In this document: piece by piece, positions 9,365 to 18,355 of the stretch | Layout of the letters: each line of letters starts with the position of its first letter | How positions within the stretch are numbered: position 1 is the stretch's first letter | From: an uncultured bacterium | GTDB lineage: Bacteria; Verrucomicrobiota; Verrucomicrobiia; Verrucomicrobiales; DEV007 | Direction of reading: 5' to 3' | Length of the DNA: 64,000 bases | Assembly: GCA_963977015.1 (NCBI GenBank) | Contig: CAXBMO010000007.1 | Location: 32,001-96,000, forward strand | The notes under the pieces: generated by a model | The model's database searches: none | The model's input: only the letters and a program-made list of their open reading frames with translations | What the model was told of the DNA's origin: nothing | Program-made: the position numbers and the translations under genes

Positions 9365-10144
9365 TTGTCAGACATCGTCCGTATTGAAAACGTCGGGATC
9401 CGGCGCGGAGAAACCAGGCTACTCCGGGGAATTAATTGGTCGATCAAATCCGGCGAACAGTGGGCCATTCTTGGAGCAAATGGCTCGGGTAAAACGTCTC
9501 TACTGAATACATTATCCGGCTTCCTTCAACCCACGGAAGGAAACATCCATGTCTTGGGACAGACATTTGGCGAAACGGATTGGAGTTCGCTGCGAAAAGT
9601 CATCGGCGTCATCAATCATACCGTCGCTGATTGGATCAACGGCAACGAGACCGCTCTGGAGATTGTCGTGGGCGGCATCCACAACCAGATCAATTATTGG
9701 GGGCGGATTAAGCCGGAGGAACAGCAAGCGGCCCTGAAGGTTCTGCAACGCTACAAGTTTGCTTATGCTGCAGATCGCACCTGGGAGCAAATGAGCCAGG
9801 GCGAACGCCAGCGGGCACTGATTTGCCGGGCGATCATGGCAAAGTTTCAGATCTTGATTCTCGATGAACCGTGCGCCGGCCTCGACCCAATCGCCAGGAT
9901 GAGATTCCTCAGGTTCGTCGAAGGTTTGGCTGCCAAAAAGCGGAATTCTCCCCACCTGATTCTGGTGACGCACCACGTTGAGGAAATCACGCCCAGTTTC
10001 ACTCACGTCCTCGTCCTGAAGCAGGGGCGAATCTTTGCGTCAGGCAAAAAAGCTGAAATCTTGAACTCAACGGTTTTGAGCAAAGCTTTCGGTGCCGCGA
10101 TCTCGATTGAGAAGCATGGCGAGACCTACAATCTTGCAGTTTGA
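9365..10144 (+). CDS. ABC transporter ATP-binding protein (ModF/YlmA-like)
   Basis: Walker A GANGSGKT, signature MSQGE, Walker B LILDEP, VTHHVEE; no adjacent permease. Confidence 0.9.
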   Translation: MSDIVRIENVGIRRGETRLLRGINWSIKSGEQWAILGANGSGKTSLLNTLSGFLQPTEGNIHVLGQTFGETDWSSLRKVIGVINHTVADWINGNETALEIVVGGIHNQINYWGRIKPEEQQAALKVLQRYKFAYAADRTWEQMSQGERQRALICRAIMAKFQILILDEPCAGLDPIARMRFLRFVEGLAAKKRNSPHLILVTHHVEEITPSFTHVLVLKQGRIFASGKKAEILNSTVLSKAFGAAISIEKHGETYNLAV

Positions 10145-10150
10145 TTCCTG

Positions 10151-11263
10151 CTACTCGCCATTCGGTAACAGAAGACTTCTGGCGACCTTCCCCGCTTCCA
10201 GATCCGCATACGCCTCATTGATTTCGGTCAGCGGATAGGTCTTCGTCAAAAGTTTGTCCAACTCCAGCTGCCCGCTCAGGTGCAGGTCAATTAGGCGAAG
10301 CAAGTCTATCCTTGGACGCATCGAACCGTAAATCGTCCCTTTCAATGTCTTTTCAGCATAAACCAGAGCGTTCACATTGATCTTCGCCCGGGCTTCACGC
10401 GGTGCGATGCCGACGACGACACACGTTCCTCCCTTCTTCGTCGAATCGTAGGCCTGCTCGATCGGCTCAGGCAACCCAACCGCTTCAAACGCATAGTCCA
10501 CTCCCGTGCCGGTCAAATCCATGATCGCCTCTACCGGGTCATCTTCCGAAGCATTGATCGTCTCGGTTGCGCCAAACTGACGGGCAAATTCCAGCTTCTT
10601 TGAAACCCGATCAACCGCAATGATTCGGCGAGCGCCGGCAATTTTTGCGCTTTGCACGATGTTGAGCCCAATCCCACCACACCCGAAAATCGCAACGGTG
10701 TCGCCGGGGGATACTCGGGCGGTATTTACGACTGCACCAAACCCGGTAATGACTCCACAACTGATCAGCGCCCCCTTGTTGAGAGGGTAATCCTGCGGAA
10801 TCTTTACCACGGCGGCTTCGGGCATGGTCGCCAACTGCGAAAAGGTGGAGACTCCAGCGTAGTGCAGAATTTGCTTACCGGAGGAGGAACGAAAACGGGT
10901 CTTTCCATCCGGCATCAGCCCGGAGAATCGCATTTTGGTTCCGACATCGCAAAGCGCTGGCTTTCCGCCAAGGCAATACTCGCAGCGGCCACAGGACATT
11001 CGCCACATTGGCAGAACATGATCTCCCTCTGCGACTTCAGTCACGCCCTTTCCCACAGCTTCTACAATTCCGGCACCTTCGTGCCCGGGAATGATGGGAG
11101 TCGGCATCGGCAAATCCCCCTTGATGACGTGCAAATCACTGTGACAAACACCGGCCGCCTTGATACGAACCTGAACTTCTCCCGGCCCCGGCGGCAGAAC
11201 TTCAACTTCTTCGACCGAAAGAGGTTTTCCGGATTGGTGTAACACAGCGGCCAGAGCTTTCAT
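10151..11263 (-). CDS. Zn-dependent alcohol dehydrogenase (class III-like MDR)
   Basis: GVCHSD, GHEGAG, structural Zn CGRCEYC...C, GCGGIG. ATG 11263. Confidence 0.93.
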   Translation of the reverse strand: MKALAAVLHQSGKPLSVEEVEVLPPGPGEVQVRIKAAGVCHSDLHVIKGDLPMPTPIIPGHEGAGIVEAVGKGVTEVAEGDHVLPMWRMSCGRCEYCLGGKPALCDVGTKMRFSGLMPDGKTRFRSSSGKQILHYAGVSTFSQLATMPEAAVVKIPQDYPLNKGALISCGVITGFGAVVNTARVSPGDTVAIFGCGGIGLNIVQSAKIAGARRIIAVDRVSKKLEFARQFGATETINASEDDPVEAIMDLTGTGVDYAFEAVGLPEPIEQAYDSTKKGGTCVVVGIAPREARAKINVNALVYAEKTLKGTIYGSMRPRIDLLRLIDLHLSGQLELDKLLTKTYPLTEINEAYADLEAGKVARSLLLPNGE

Positions 11264-11337
11264 GATTTCACCCTTACAACGCAACAAGTCCTGTCAAACC
11301 GCTTGCCCTGCTAAAACCAAGACATACCGTGGAGGCC

Positions 11338-12192
11338 ATGTTCACCGGAAAATTGGACAAAGTCGGAGTCATTGGCCTCGGCATCATTGGCACTCGTATC
11401 GCCGAGAATCTTCGAAAGGCCGACAAGCACGTTTACGTCTGGAGCCGCAGCCCCAAGCCGCAGCCCAATTTCATGGGCAGCCCTGGTGAAGTCGCTGAGA
11501 ATTCGGAAGCCGTCCAGATTTTCGTCAACAATGGGGACGCTCTTCTCGACACCGTTGAGGGAATGGAGCCTTTCTTGAGTCGCCGCCACATCATTCTGAA
11601 TCACGCGACCGCTGACGTGGAATCGGTGCGACGAGCCGCGAATATCGTCCATGGGACGGGAGCCGCCTTCCTCGATTGCCCATTTACCGGCAGCAAAGTG
11701 GCGGCAGAAAACAGCCAACTTACCTTCTACGTAGGCGGAAGCGACGCCATCCTGGAAAAAGCCCGTCCACTTCTGGAGCTTTCGGGCAAGACCATCCTTC
11801 ACGTTGGAGACGTTGGAGAAGCGACGATCCTGAAGATCGCCACGAATATGATTTCGGCTGCAACGGTCCAGGTTTTAAACGAAGCGTTGGCGGTGACGGA
11901 GGCTCAGGGAATCCCGGGTGAAAAATTGATGGAAGCCCTCCAAGTCAACGCCTGCTGTTCCGATTTGGTTCGAATGAAGCTCCCCAGCATCGTTCAAGGC
12001 GATTTCGAGCCACACTTCTCGCTCAAGAACATGTTCAAAGACGCGCAACTAGCCCTCGGTTTGGCCAACGAATCCAAAATCGAGATTCCTGCACTCTCCA
12101 CCACCGCCAGCATCATGTTCAAAACGATTCAGAAGGGGCACGGCGAAGAGGATTATTCGGTCCTGGCAGTGAACTACACGCCGGAAGATTAG
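11338..12192 (+). CDS. NAD(P)-dependent oxidoreductase, 3-hydroxyisobutyrate dehydrogenase family
   Basis: GVIGLGIIG, FLDCPFTGS, catalytic LKIATN, FSLKNMFKD. Confidence 0.9.
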   Translation: MFTGKLDKVGVIGLGIIGTRIAENLRKADKHVYVWSRSPKPQPNFMGSPGEVAENSEAVQIFVNNGDALLDTVEGMEPFLSRRHIILNHATADVESVRRAANIVHGTGAAFLDCPFTGSKVAAENSQLTFYVGGSDAILEKARPLLELSGKTILHVGDVGEATILKIATNMISAATVQVLNEALAVTEAQGIPGEKLMEALQVNACCSDLVRMKLPSIVQGDFEPHFSLKNMFKDAQLALGLANESKIEIPALSTTASIMFKTIQKGHGEEDYSVLAVNYTPED

Positions 12193-12749
12193 CGCATTGC
12201 GACGGCCGCCCACGACACCAATCCGGTCTTGCTGGTGGTACTTTTTTCGAATTTGATCGGGATTTCCGACCTGGCAAATACCGCCTGGTACATGGCGTTC
12301 CCGGTCGATGTCCCCCCATCACCCGGCGTGATTTCGATTCCCTCGAAATCTTCCACGTGATCTCGCGCAATTTCAAAGAATCCGAGCCCCCCGAAGTTTC
12401 CACCACCACGCAGATAGGTCCAAAGCCTTGTCTGGCCTTTCTTGCGGGAAGATTCGAGAGAGATGGCTTTTGGATGCGCAATCACGATCCCGATCAGACG
12501 CCACTCGCCCTCCTCCAAAGCCAGGTAAATCTCGAACACGCCTCCCATTCTTCCAAAGTCCTCCACCGGCTCGGAAAGCGCCATATCCTCGCGCCCATCA
12601 CGATTGAAGTCTGCCAACAATCGAATTCGCTCAACGTAGACGGATTCGTCCTCAAGACTCCTGACCGGAAACACTGAGGGGTCATCATCTCCGTAAAGGG
12701 AAGATGCTAGCAGGGCGACAAACGCCATGGCTAAAATCCGGTTCTCCAT
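12189..12749 (-). CDS. Hypothetical secreted protein
   Basis: Signal-like MENRILAMAFVALLASSLYG; one DFNRDGRED Ca-binding-like motif. Start uncertain. Confidence 0.6.
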   Translation of the reverse strand: MENRILAMAFVALLASSLYGDDDPSVFPVRSLEDESVYVERIRLLADFNRDGREDMALSEPVEDFGRMGGVFEIYLALEEGEWRLIGIVIAHPKAISLESSRKKGQTRLWTYLRGGGNFGGLGFFEIARDHVEDFEGIEITPGDGGTSTGNAMYQAVFARSEIPIKFEKSTTSKTGLVSWAAVAMR

Positions 12750-12880
12750 CGCAACAATAATCCCGAACCAAAGAAAGAACCGGCCGCCCATTACCCTGGT
12801 CAACCGTTCATTTGAACAATTGCAGGCAAACTTTTTATCAAGTTCTGCTCAGTTTCTGAACAAACCGGCCACTCTCCCCT

Positions 12881-13345
12881 TTAGGACACGGTAAAGATCG
12901 TGATCTCTGGATTCTCCAACCGATCTCCAGCACGCATTCCGATGACCTTGGCTCCAAGCGGAGATTCTGGCGTTAGCACTGTCAGATCACAGCCTTCGTG
13001 GTCGCACACCACTCCACCACCCTTCGCGGCAATCAAATAGAAGACTAGCTCTCCTTCCAGATCAGCCTCCACCAAGGCGCCAATCTGAATCTCCGCGTCT
13101 TCAGAAAAGGCAGGCAGCTCCAAGGTCTCAAAGGACTGCAGAGCTTCGGAAAGTTCTTCCATCTGCTCAACCTGCCCGGCGGCAAGGTAGGATGCCTCAA
13201 GACCTCGCGTGTCGTATTTGGACTCCGCCCGGCTGTCTTCATCGGTGGCGTATTCGACCGAGGACTGAACCGCCGCAGCCATTCGCTCAAACTGAACCCG
13301 AATTTGGGCGCGAACTTTCTCTAGTACTTGCTGTTTCTCCGTCAT
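12881..13345 (-). CDS. GreA/GreB-family transcription factor-like protein
   Basis: N-terminal helical hairpin with AESKYDTRGLEASYLA; C-terminal VLTPESPLGAKVIG..GD. ATGA overlap with the upstream gene. Confidence 0.8.
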   Translation of the reverse strand: MTEKQQVLEKVRAQIRVQFERMAAAVQSSVEYATDEDSRAESKYDTRGLEASYLAAGQVEQMEELSEALQSFETLELPAFSEDAEIQIGALVEADLEGELVFYLIAAKGGGVVCDHEGCDLTVLTPESPLGAKVIGMRAGDRLENPEITIFTVS

Positions 13346-14460
13346 CGATCCATCACACATCGAAATCCAACATCATTTGTCGCAGTATCGATTCCCGACT
13401 GATTTCTCGTCGCAACTCGATATTCCAAAACCGGACGCTGCGCTCCTCTCGGAACCGGACCATAACTTCGATGAATCCGCCAGGACGCGCCACGAATCAC
13501 TCGAATGGGCTCTCCGCCCGGCCCCGGATCACATTGCGCAGGTCCGGGAGGGTTGGAGCCGGAACTCTGCGCATAGTAACCAGCGCCAAACCAATCCTGG
13601 CAATGCTCCCAGACATTGCCCGTCATATCGTAAAGGCCATAGCCATTTGGCGAATAACTCTTTGTAGGCGCCAGCCCCGCATGGCCATCCGTTCCCCAAT
13701 CATCGTAGGGGAATTTTCCCTGCCAAATGTTGCACGGCCAATCTTCCGGGTTGCTCTCCTTCTCACCAGGAATCGGCGCATTTCCCCACTCGTATTTTTT
13801 GCCAACAAGCCCGCCTCTTGCCGCATATTCCCATTCGGCCTCAGTCGGAAGGCGTTTCCCGGCCCATTCTGCATACTTGGCGGCATCCGCCCAGGTCACA
13901 CAGACTACCGGGTAGGCGTCTTTCCCCTCAATACTGCTCTGCGGGCCATCCGGATGTCGCCAATTCGCGCCGGCTTCAAAAGCCCACCATACCGGTTGAT
14001 TGAGCGAAACGGGACCATCAGTCTTTCGAAAGATAATGGAACCAAGACGCATGGGGCCATCACTTCGCATTTCTTCAGGCAGGACCGCCTTCTGTGCCTC
14101 ACTCATGGCTTGCTCAGCCTGCGTAACGTATCCCGTTGCTTCGACAAACTTCCGAAACTGCGCATTCGTCACTTCGGTAACATCGGCATAAAATCCATCC
14201 AGGGTTACTTCGTGAACCGGCTGCTCGTTCTCCATTCCCGAATACGATCCCATCAGAAAGGTTCCTCCCGGAATCCAAACCATGCCCTCGATCACCTGTG
14301 GGGCCGCCTCAGTTTTTAGTGCTTCCTCGGCATTCGGGCTCTGGTCCTCCGAACCACAAGAGACCAACAACGCAGCGGCGACCAACGACAGAAAGAGCCG
14401 TGGCAGAGCGAAATCACGGAGGAATAAAGGCAGAATGGGCTTTCGTTTTGGTTTGTGCAT
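13342..14460 (-). CDS. Formylglycine-generating enzyme (SUMF1/FGE) family lipoprotein
   Basis: IPGGTFLMGS, EVTNAQF, GKRLPTEAEWEYAARGG, NGYGLYDMTGNVWE, GFRCV; lipobox LLVSC. Start uncertain (14460-14472). Confidence 0.9.
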   Translation of the reverse strand: MHKPKRKPILPLFLRDFALPRLFLSLVAAALLVSCGSEDQSPNAEEALKTEAAPQVIEGMVWIPGGTFLMGSYSGMENEQPVHEVTLDGFYADVTEVTNAQFRKFVEATGYVTQAEQAMSEAQKAVLPEEMRSDGPMRLGSIIFRKTDGPVSLNQPVWWAFEAGANWRHPDGPQSSIEGKDAYPVVCVTWADAAKYAEWAGKRLPTEAEWEYAARGGLVGKKYEWGNAPIPGEKESNPEDWPCNIWQGKFPYDDWGTDGHAGLAPTKSYSPNGYGLYDMTGNVWEHCQDWFGAGYYAQSSGSNPPGPAQCDPGPGGEPIRVIRGASWRIHRSYGPVPRGAQRPVLEYRVATRNQSGIDTATNDVGFRCVMDR

Positions 14461-14497
14461 CTTGTTTGCCATGACCTATGATCCAAAAAACAGCCTC

Positions 14498-15391
14498 ATG
14501 AAAACGATCTTTCTTGCACGTTACCGCTTTGTTGTCGCCTGCTCACTCGCAAGCATCTTCTTCCTCGTGGGGACCAACTCGGCTCAAGAGGCCAGACCTT
14601 TGGGCTTCAACGTTCTCTCCGCTGAAAAAGAGGCGATTATGGGAGCTCGCGAGTTTGAAAAGTACAAGTCGCAAAAACCAATGGTCAAAAGCGGGCGCGA
14701 CTACCAGACCATGGTTCGGGTCGCCAATCGCATGACTAAGGTCGTCAGTGTGAAGAATGCCGAATGGGAATTCGTGCTCTTCAAGGACTCGACGCCCAAT
14801 GCCTTCGCTCTTCCAGGCGGAAAGGTTGGCGTTCACACCGGAATGTTCAATGTCGCGCAGAATGAAGCGCAGCTCGCGGCGGTGATTGGTCACGAATTGG
14901 CCCACGTGACGGAGCGGCATTCCGGAAAACGGATCAGCAATGCGATGCTTGGATCAGGAATCGGAGCCGTCGCGGGAGCGCTTCTCAAGAAAAAAACGGG
15001 AATGAAAGGGCGAAACGCTCAGGTTATCACGCAAGGAGCCGCAGCCATGCAATCGCTGAGTTTTTCGAGAAAGCAGGAGCTGGAGGCGGACCAAGTCGGA
15101 ACGGTTTATATGGCCAAGGCAGGCTATGATCCCCGCTCGGCCGTCGATTTGTGGAAGCGTTTTGCGGCCCACAAGGCTCAAAAGGGCGGCTCGAAAGTAC
15201 CGGGTTTTATGAGCACTCATCCGGTGGATTCCCGCAGAATCGAGGAACTCCAAAAAGCGATGCCACAAGCGCTCAAGCACTACAATTCCGGATCGGGTTC
15301 AAGCCAGATTCAAACCACGACCTCTAACTCAAGCACAAGTTCCTCTTCCAACGAGGAGCCGGTTCGCGCTTTACGCCCCCGCTTCCGCTAG
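14498..15391 (+). CDS. M48 family metallopeptidase
   Basis: PNAFALPGG, HELAH (HExxH), FSRKQELEAD, FMSTHP; signal peptide; Ser/Thr-rich tail. Start 14471 or 14498. Confidence 0.92.
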   Translation: MKTIFLARYRFVVACSLASIFFLVGTNSAQEARPLGFNVLSAEKEAIMGAREFEKYKSQKPMVKSGRDYQTMVRVANRMTKVVSVKNAEWEFVLFKDSTPNAFALPGGKVGVHTGMFNVAQNEAQLAAVIGHELAHVTERHSGKRISNAMLGSGIGAVAGALLKKKTGMKGRNAQVITQGAAAMQSLSFSRKQELEADQVGTVYMAKAGYDPRSAVDLWKRFAAHKAQKGGSKVPGFMSTHPVDSRRIEELQKAMPQALKHYNSGSGSSQIQTTTSNSSTSSSSNEEPVRALRPRFR

Positions 15392-15401
15392 GAACAACGG
15401 G

Positions 15402-15755
15402 CTACTTCGCTCCGCCGTCGATCCAGGCACGAATTTTCGTGATTTCGGGCTCGGTCAATTCAGGCGCCCCCATTGGAGGCATCCGCTTGGGATTGGTTTT
15501 GGGGAGATAAAATTGCTGGACCATCAAACTGGATTCCGCATTGCCAGGAATGATGACGTTTCCGCTTTTGCCACCCTTTTTGATGTTTTTCAGCGAATTC
15601 AGTTTGAGCCCACCTTGTGGAATCAGACCGCCATGACATTGCGAACATTTGGCTTTGAAAATCCCGGAAATATCGGAATCAAACGTCACATCCGCCTTCA
15701 CAGCTGAAATGTTGAAAAACAGGGAGGCACAGAGAATGGCAGTGGATCGTTTCAT
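15402..15755 (-). CDS. Small c-type cytochrome (planctomycete cytochrome C domain)
   Basis: Signal peptide, CSQCH heme motif, GGLKL, IIPGNAESS, RMPP, IRAWIDGGA. Confidence 0.88.
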   Translation of the reverse strand: MKRSTAILCASLFFNISAVKADVTFDSDISGIFKAKCSQCHGGLIPQGGLKLNSLKNIKKGGKSGNVIIPGNAESSLMVQQFYLPKTNPKRMPPMGAPELTEPEITKIRAWIDGGAK

Positions 15756-15795
15756 GAGGTTGAACAAGGTTTGTGGCGTGAGTCAGCTTGGACGC

Positions 15796-16350
15796 CTAGA
15801 TCATCCCAAGCTTCATTCGGCCTTCCTCTGAAATCATATCCTGATTCCACGGCGGATCCCAAACGAGATCGACGTTGGCGTCATGAATGCCTTCCAAAGA
15901 GACAATTTTGTTTTTTGCGTCGGCGGCGATGGTCGGCCCCATTCCACATCCGGGAGCCGTCAGGGTCATTTTGACATTCACAAAAGTTTTGTCTTCGACA
16001 TCCTGAAGAGTGCAGTCGTAGACGAGCCCCAAATTCACGATATCAACCGGGATCTCCGGATCATAGACGGTCTTCAATTGATTCCAGACTGCGGCTTCCA
16101 AATCGCCATCCGGAACCGGCTCCTTTTGGATTGGGGCAGCTTCTTCAGCGTCTTTATCCAAGCCAAGAGCATCGGAATCCTTTTCGCGGATTCGCGCCAG
16201 CCCTTGTTCCGTCGCCACGGTGTAGGTTCCGCCAAGCGCCTGGGTAATCATCACCCGCAATCCCAAAGGAAGCGTGATCTCATCCCCGCTTGGGATTTGG
16301 ATCGCGGTGACTTCGCGCGAGAGTTCTATTTCTTGATGCATAAGGTCCAT
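15796..16350 (-). CDS. sufT: Fe-S cluster assembly protein SufT (DUF59)
   Basis: ITQALGGTYTV, LKTVYDPEIPVDIVNLGLVY, MTLTAPGCGMG, VWDPPW. Confidence 0.9.
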   Translation of the reverse strand: MDLMHQEIELSREVTAIQIPSGDEITLPLGLRVMITQALGGTYTVATEQGLARIREKDSDALGLDKDAEEAAPIQKEPVPDGDLEAAVWNQLKTVYDPEIPVDIVNLGLVYDCTLQDVEDKTFVNVKMTLTAPGCGMGPTIAADAKNKIVSLEGIHDANVDLVWDPPWNQDMISEEGRMKLGMI

Positions 16351-16403
16351 CTAAACAACTCCAGAAAAGGGGGAAGGGCAAGTGAGTCTGGTCCGGTTTC
16401 AAC

Positions 16404-17000
16404 CTAACTACGATTCTCAAAGGCCCGGTGTAACGTTAGCGTATCCGCATTCTCCAGCCCACCGCCGACCGGCATTCCCTGAGCCAATTTAGTGATCTTC
16501 AGATCGCTCGTCTTGAAGAGGTCAAACAGGTAGTAAGAAGTCGCCTCGCCAGCAACATCCGCACCGAGGGCCAGCACCACTTCCATGAACGAACCTTCGG
16601 CGATTCGGCGCTCGAGTTCACCAATTCGAAGATCATCGGGACCAATGTTGTCGAGCGGAGAAAGTCGGCCTCCCAACGAATGATAATGCCCTTTGAAAAC
16701 TCCGGTCCGCTCGATGGGCAAAATATCAGTTGGCTGCTCCACCACACACAGGAGCGAACCATCTCTCCCCGAATCACTACAGATTGCGCACCCTTCATCC
16801 GTCGCGAAGAAACCGCAGGAGTCACAACACCGAATTTGCGAGGCGACCGATTCGAGAACATCGGCCATGTCCGTTGAAACCGTTGAATCCTGTTGCAACA
16901 ACCAGAGCGCCATTCGCTCGGCGCTTCGCGGCCCGATCCCCGGGAGGCGCTTCAGTTGCAGGATCAGTGCCCTAACTGCGGCTGGGTAGTCCAGTTTCAA
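16404..17000 (-). CDS. recR: Recombination mediator RecR
   Basis: HhH LPGIGPRSAERMA, C4 zinc finger, TOPRIM CVVEQPTD, KLAQGMPVGGGLE. TTG start overlaps the upstream stop. Confidence 0.95.
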   Translation of the reverse strand: MKLDYPAAVRALILQLKRLPGIGPRSAERMALWLLQQDSTVSTDMADVLESVASQIRCCDSCGFFATDEGCAICSDSGRDGSLLCVVEQPTDILPIERTGVFKGHYHSLGGRLSPLDNIGPDDLRIGELERRIAEGSFMEVVLALGADVAGEATSYYLFDLFKTSDLKITKLAQGMPVGGGLENADTLTLHRAFENRS

Positions 17001-18301
17001 AGCGAATGAAGCACTCTCGCGTGTCCATGCATGAGGAAGGCGTCAGGATCTGTCGGCGACTTTTCAGCAACTTCCACCATGTTTGTCTGAGCCCGGTCGA
17101 TAAAGTAGTGAAGTGGGCGATCGTTCGGATACTTGGCCTTCAACTCACTGAAGATCTTCAGTGCATCCTCTCCCCTTCCCTCACGGTAGTAAATCAGCCC
17201 CTGCCAGAAAGCCTGTCGCGCAGATTCCTCTTCCTCACTCATGTTTTCCTTCAGATCCACGAGTTCGTAGACCTCCGACATCAGCTCCGCTGCCGCATCA
17301 TAAATCATCTCCATGGGGCGGACGGCAAACGCGTCCTGAACGATAGTGTAGGTGCGGGCACTGATCAGTATCTCAGAACCGTATTGGCTGTTGGCCGCAC
17401 TCAGCTTCCGAACAAATTCGATCACTTCCCCCACCGCACTCAGACGAACATCGTTCTCTGACTCATAAACTCCCAGCGTCATCGGCTCGGAACTGATGGC
17501 GACCCCAAAATGGAAGCGCTGAAAAAAGCGCTTCTCCAATTCCAGGTTCAGATTGGCGAGACGAAGCCGAAGCTCCAACGCCGCCTGACAGGCTCGAAAG
17601 GAGTGATCGGGTTGGCGATCCAAAATCCCGAAATAGACCCGCACACAATCCGGGCTCGACTCATCCAGATAACCGCCCTTGCTCGTCAAAAATTCGCCGG
17701 AGTTCTGAAGAAACAAGTTCGTCATTTCGATCAACTCCTTCGGCGCGACGACCGCCCGGATATCCGCGTGATTGAAAACTCGCACCGTCAAAATCGATAC
17801 CTCCCGATTCTGACCGTCGAGGAAGTCAGGACGATCACCATCCATCAAGCCACTGAAACTCTCTTCGGAAACTCGACCACCCAGCACGGTGTGAAGAAGC
17901 TGTTTTCGGCCACCATGTTCGGTCATGGAATAAACAATTCCCAACGTGGAAACGATAAAAATGGCGGTAAGTGAGGAAAACGGCTCAAAGAACACGCCCA
18001 ACGTTACGGCGACAGCCGAGGTTCCCAAAACCAAGATCATTGAGCCCAAAATCACGACGACCTTGTTCGCGATTTTAGGGATATCGATGACCGCCCATGA
18101 GACCGCGAACGCCAAAAGAACAAACGTCACGTAGTGCAAAATCCGTCCCGGCTGACGGCCATGCTCAATCATTCCCGCGTTGGCATAAAAGGTAGCCAGC
18201 TTGTTGGCAGCCGCCGTCAGTAATCCGAACTCGTAGGCCAAGACGGTGACAAACACGGCAATGGCGCCAATGATCGATGCGATTAGTAAATATCTGCGCA
18301 T
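16997..18301 (-). CDS. Membrane-bound class III adenylate/guanylate cyclase-like protein (degenerate)
   Basis: About four TM helices, cyclase-like core (REVSIL.., DCVRVYFG, RACQAALEL, YGSEILIS), TPR-like C-terminal helix pair. Confidence 0.8.
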   Translation of the reverse strand: MRRYLLIASIIGAIAVFVTVLAYEFGLLTAAANKLATFYANAGMIEHGRQPGRILHYVTFVLLAFAVSWAVIDIPKIANKVVVILGSMILVLGTSAVAVTLGVFFEPFSSLTAIFIVSTLGIVYSMTEHGGRKQLLHTVLGGRVSEESFSGLMDGDRPDFLDGQNREVSILTVRVFNHADIRAVVAPKELIEMTNLFLQNSGEFLTSKGGYLDESSPDCVRVYFGILDRQPDHSFRACQAALELRLRLANLNLELEKRFFQRFHFGVAISSEPMTLGVYESENDVRLSAVGEVIEFVRKLSAANSQYGSEILISARTYTIVQDAFAVRPMEMIYDAAAELMSEVYELVDLKENMSEEEESARQAFWQGLIYYREGRGEDALKIFSELKAKYPNDRPLHYFIDRAQTNMVEVAEKSPTDPDAFLMHGHARVLHSL

Positions 18302-18355
18302 GAAATTTCGGGTATCTCTAGCCTAATCAGTAAACGGATCAATCGGCAAGAGTCT

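Noticed and set aside
13192-14319. 375-aa plus-strand ORF
   Set aside because: Almost entirely antisense to the well-supported FGE-family and Gre-like genes; no family features.
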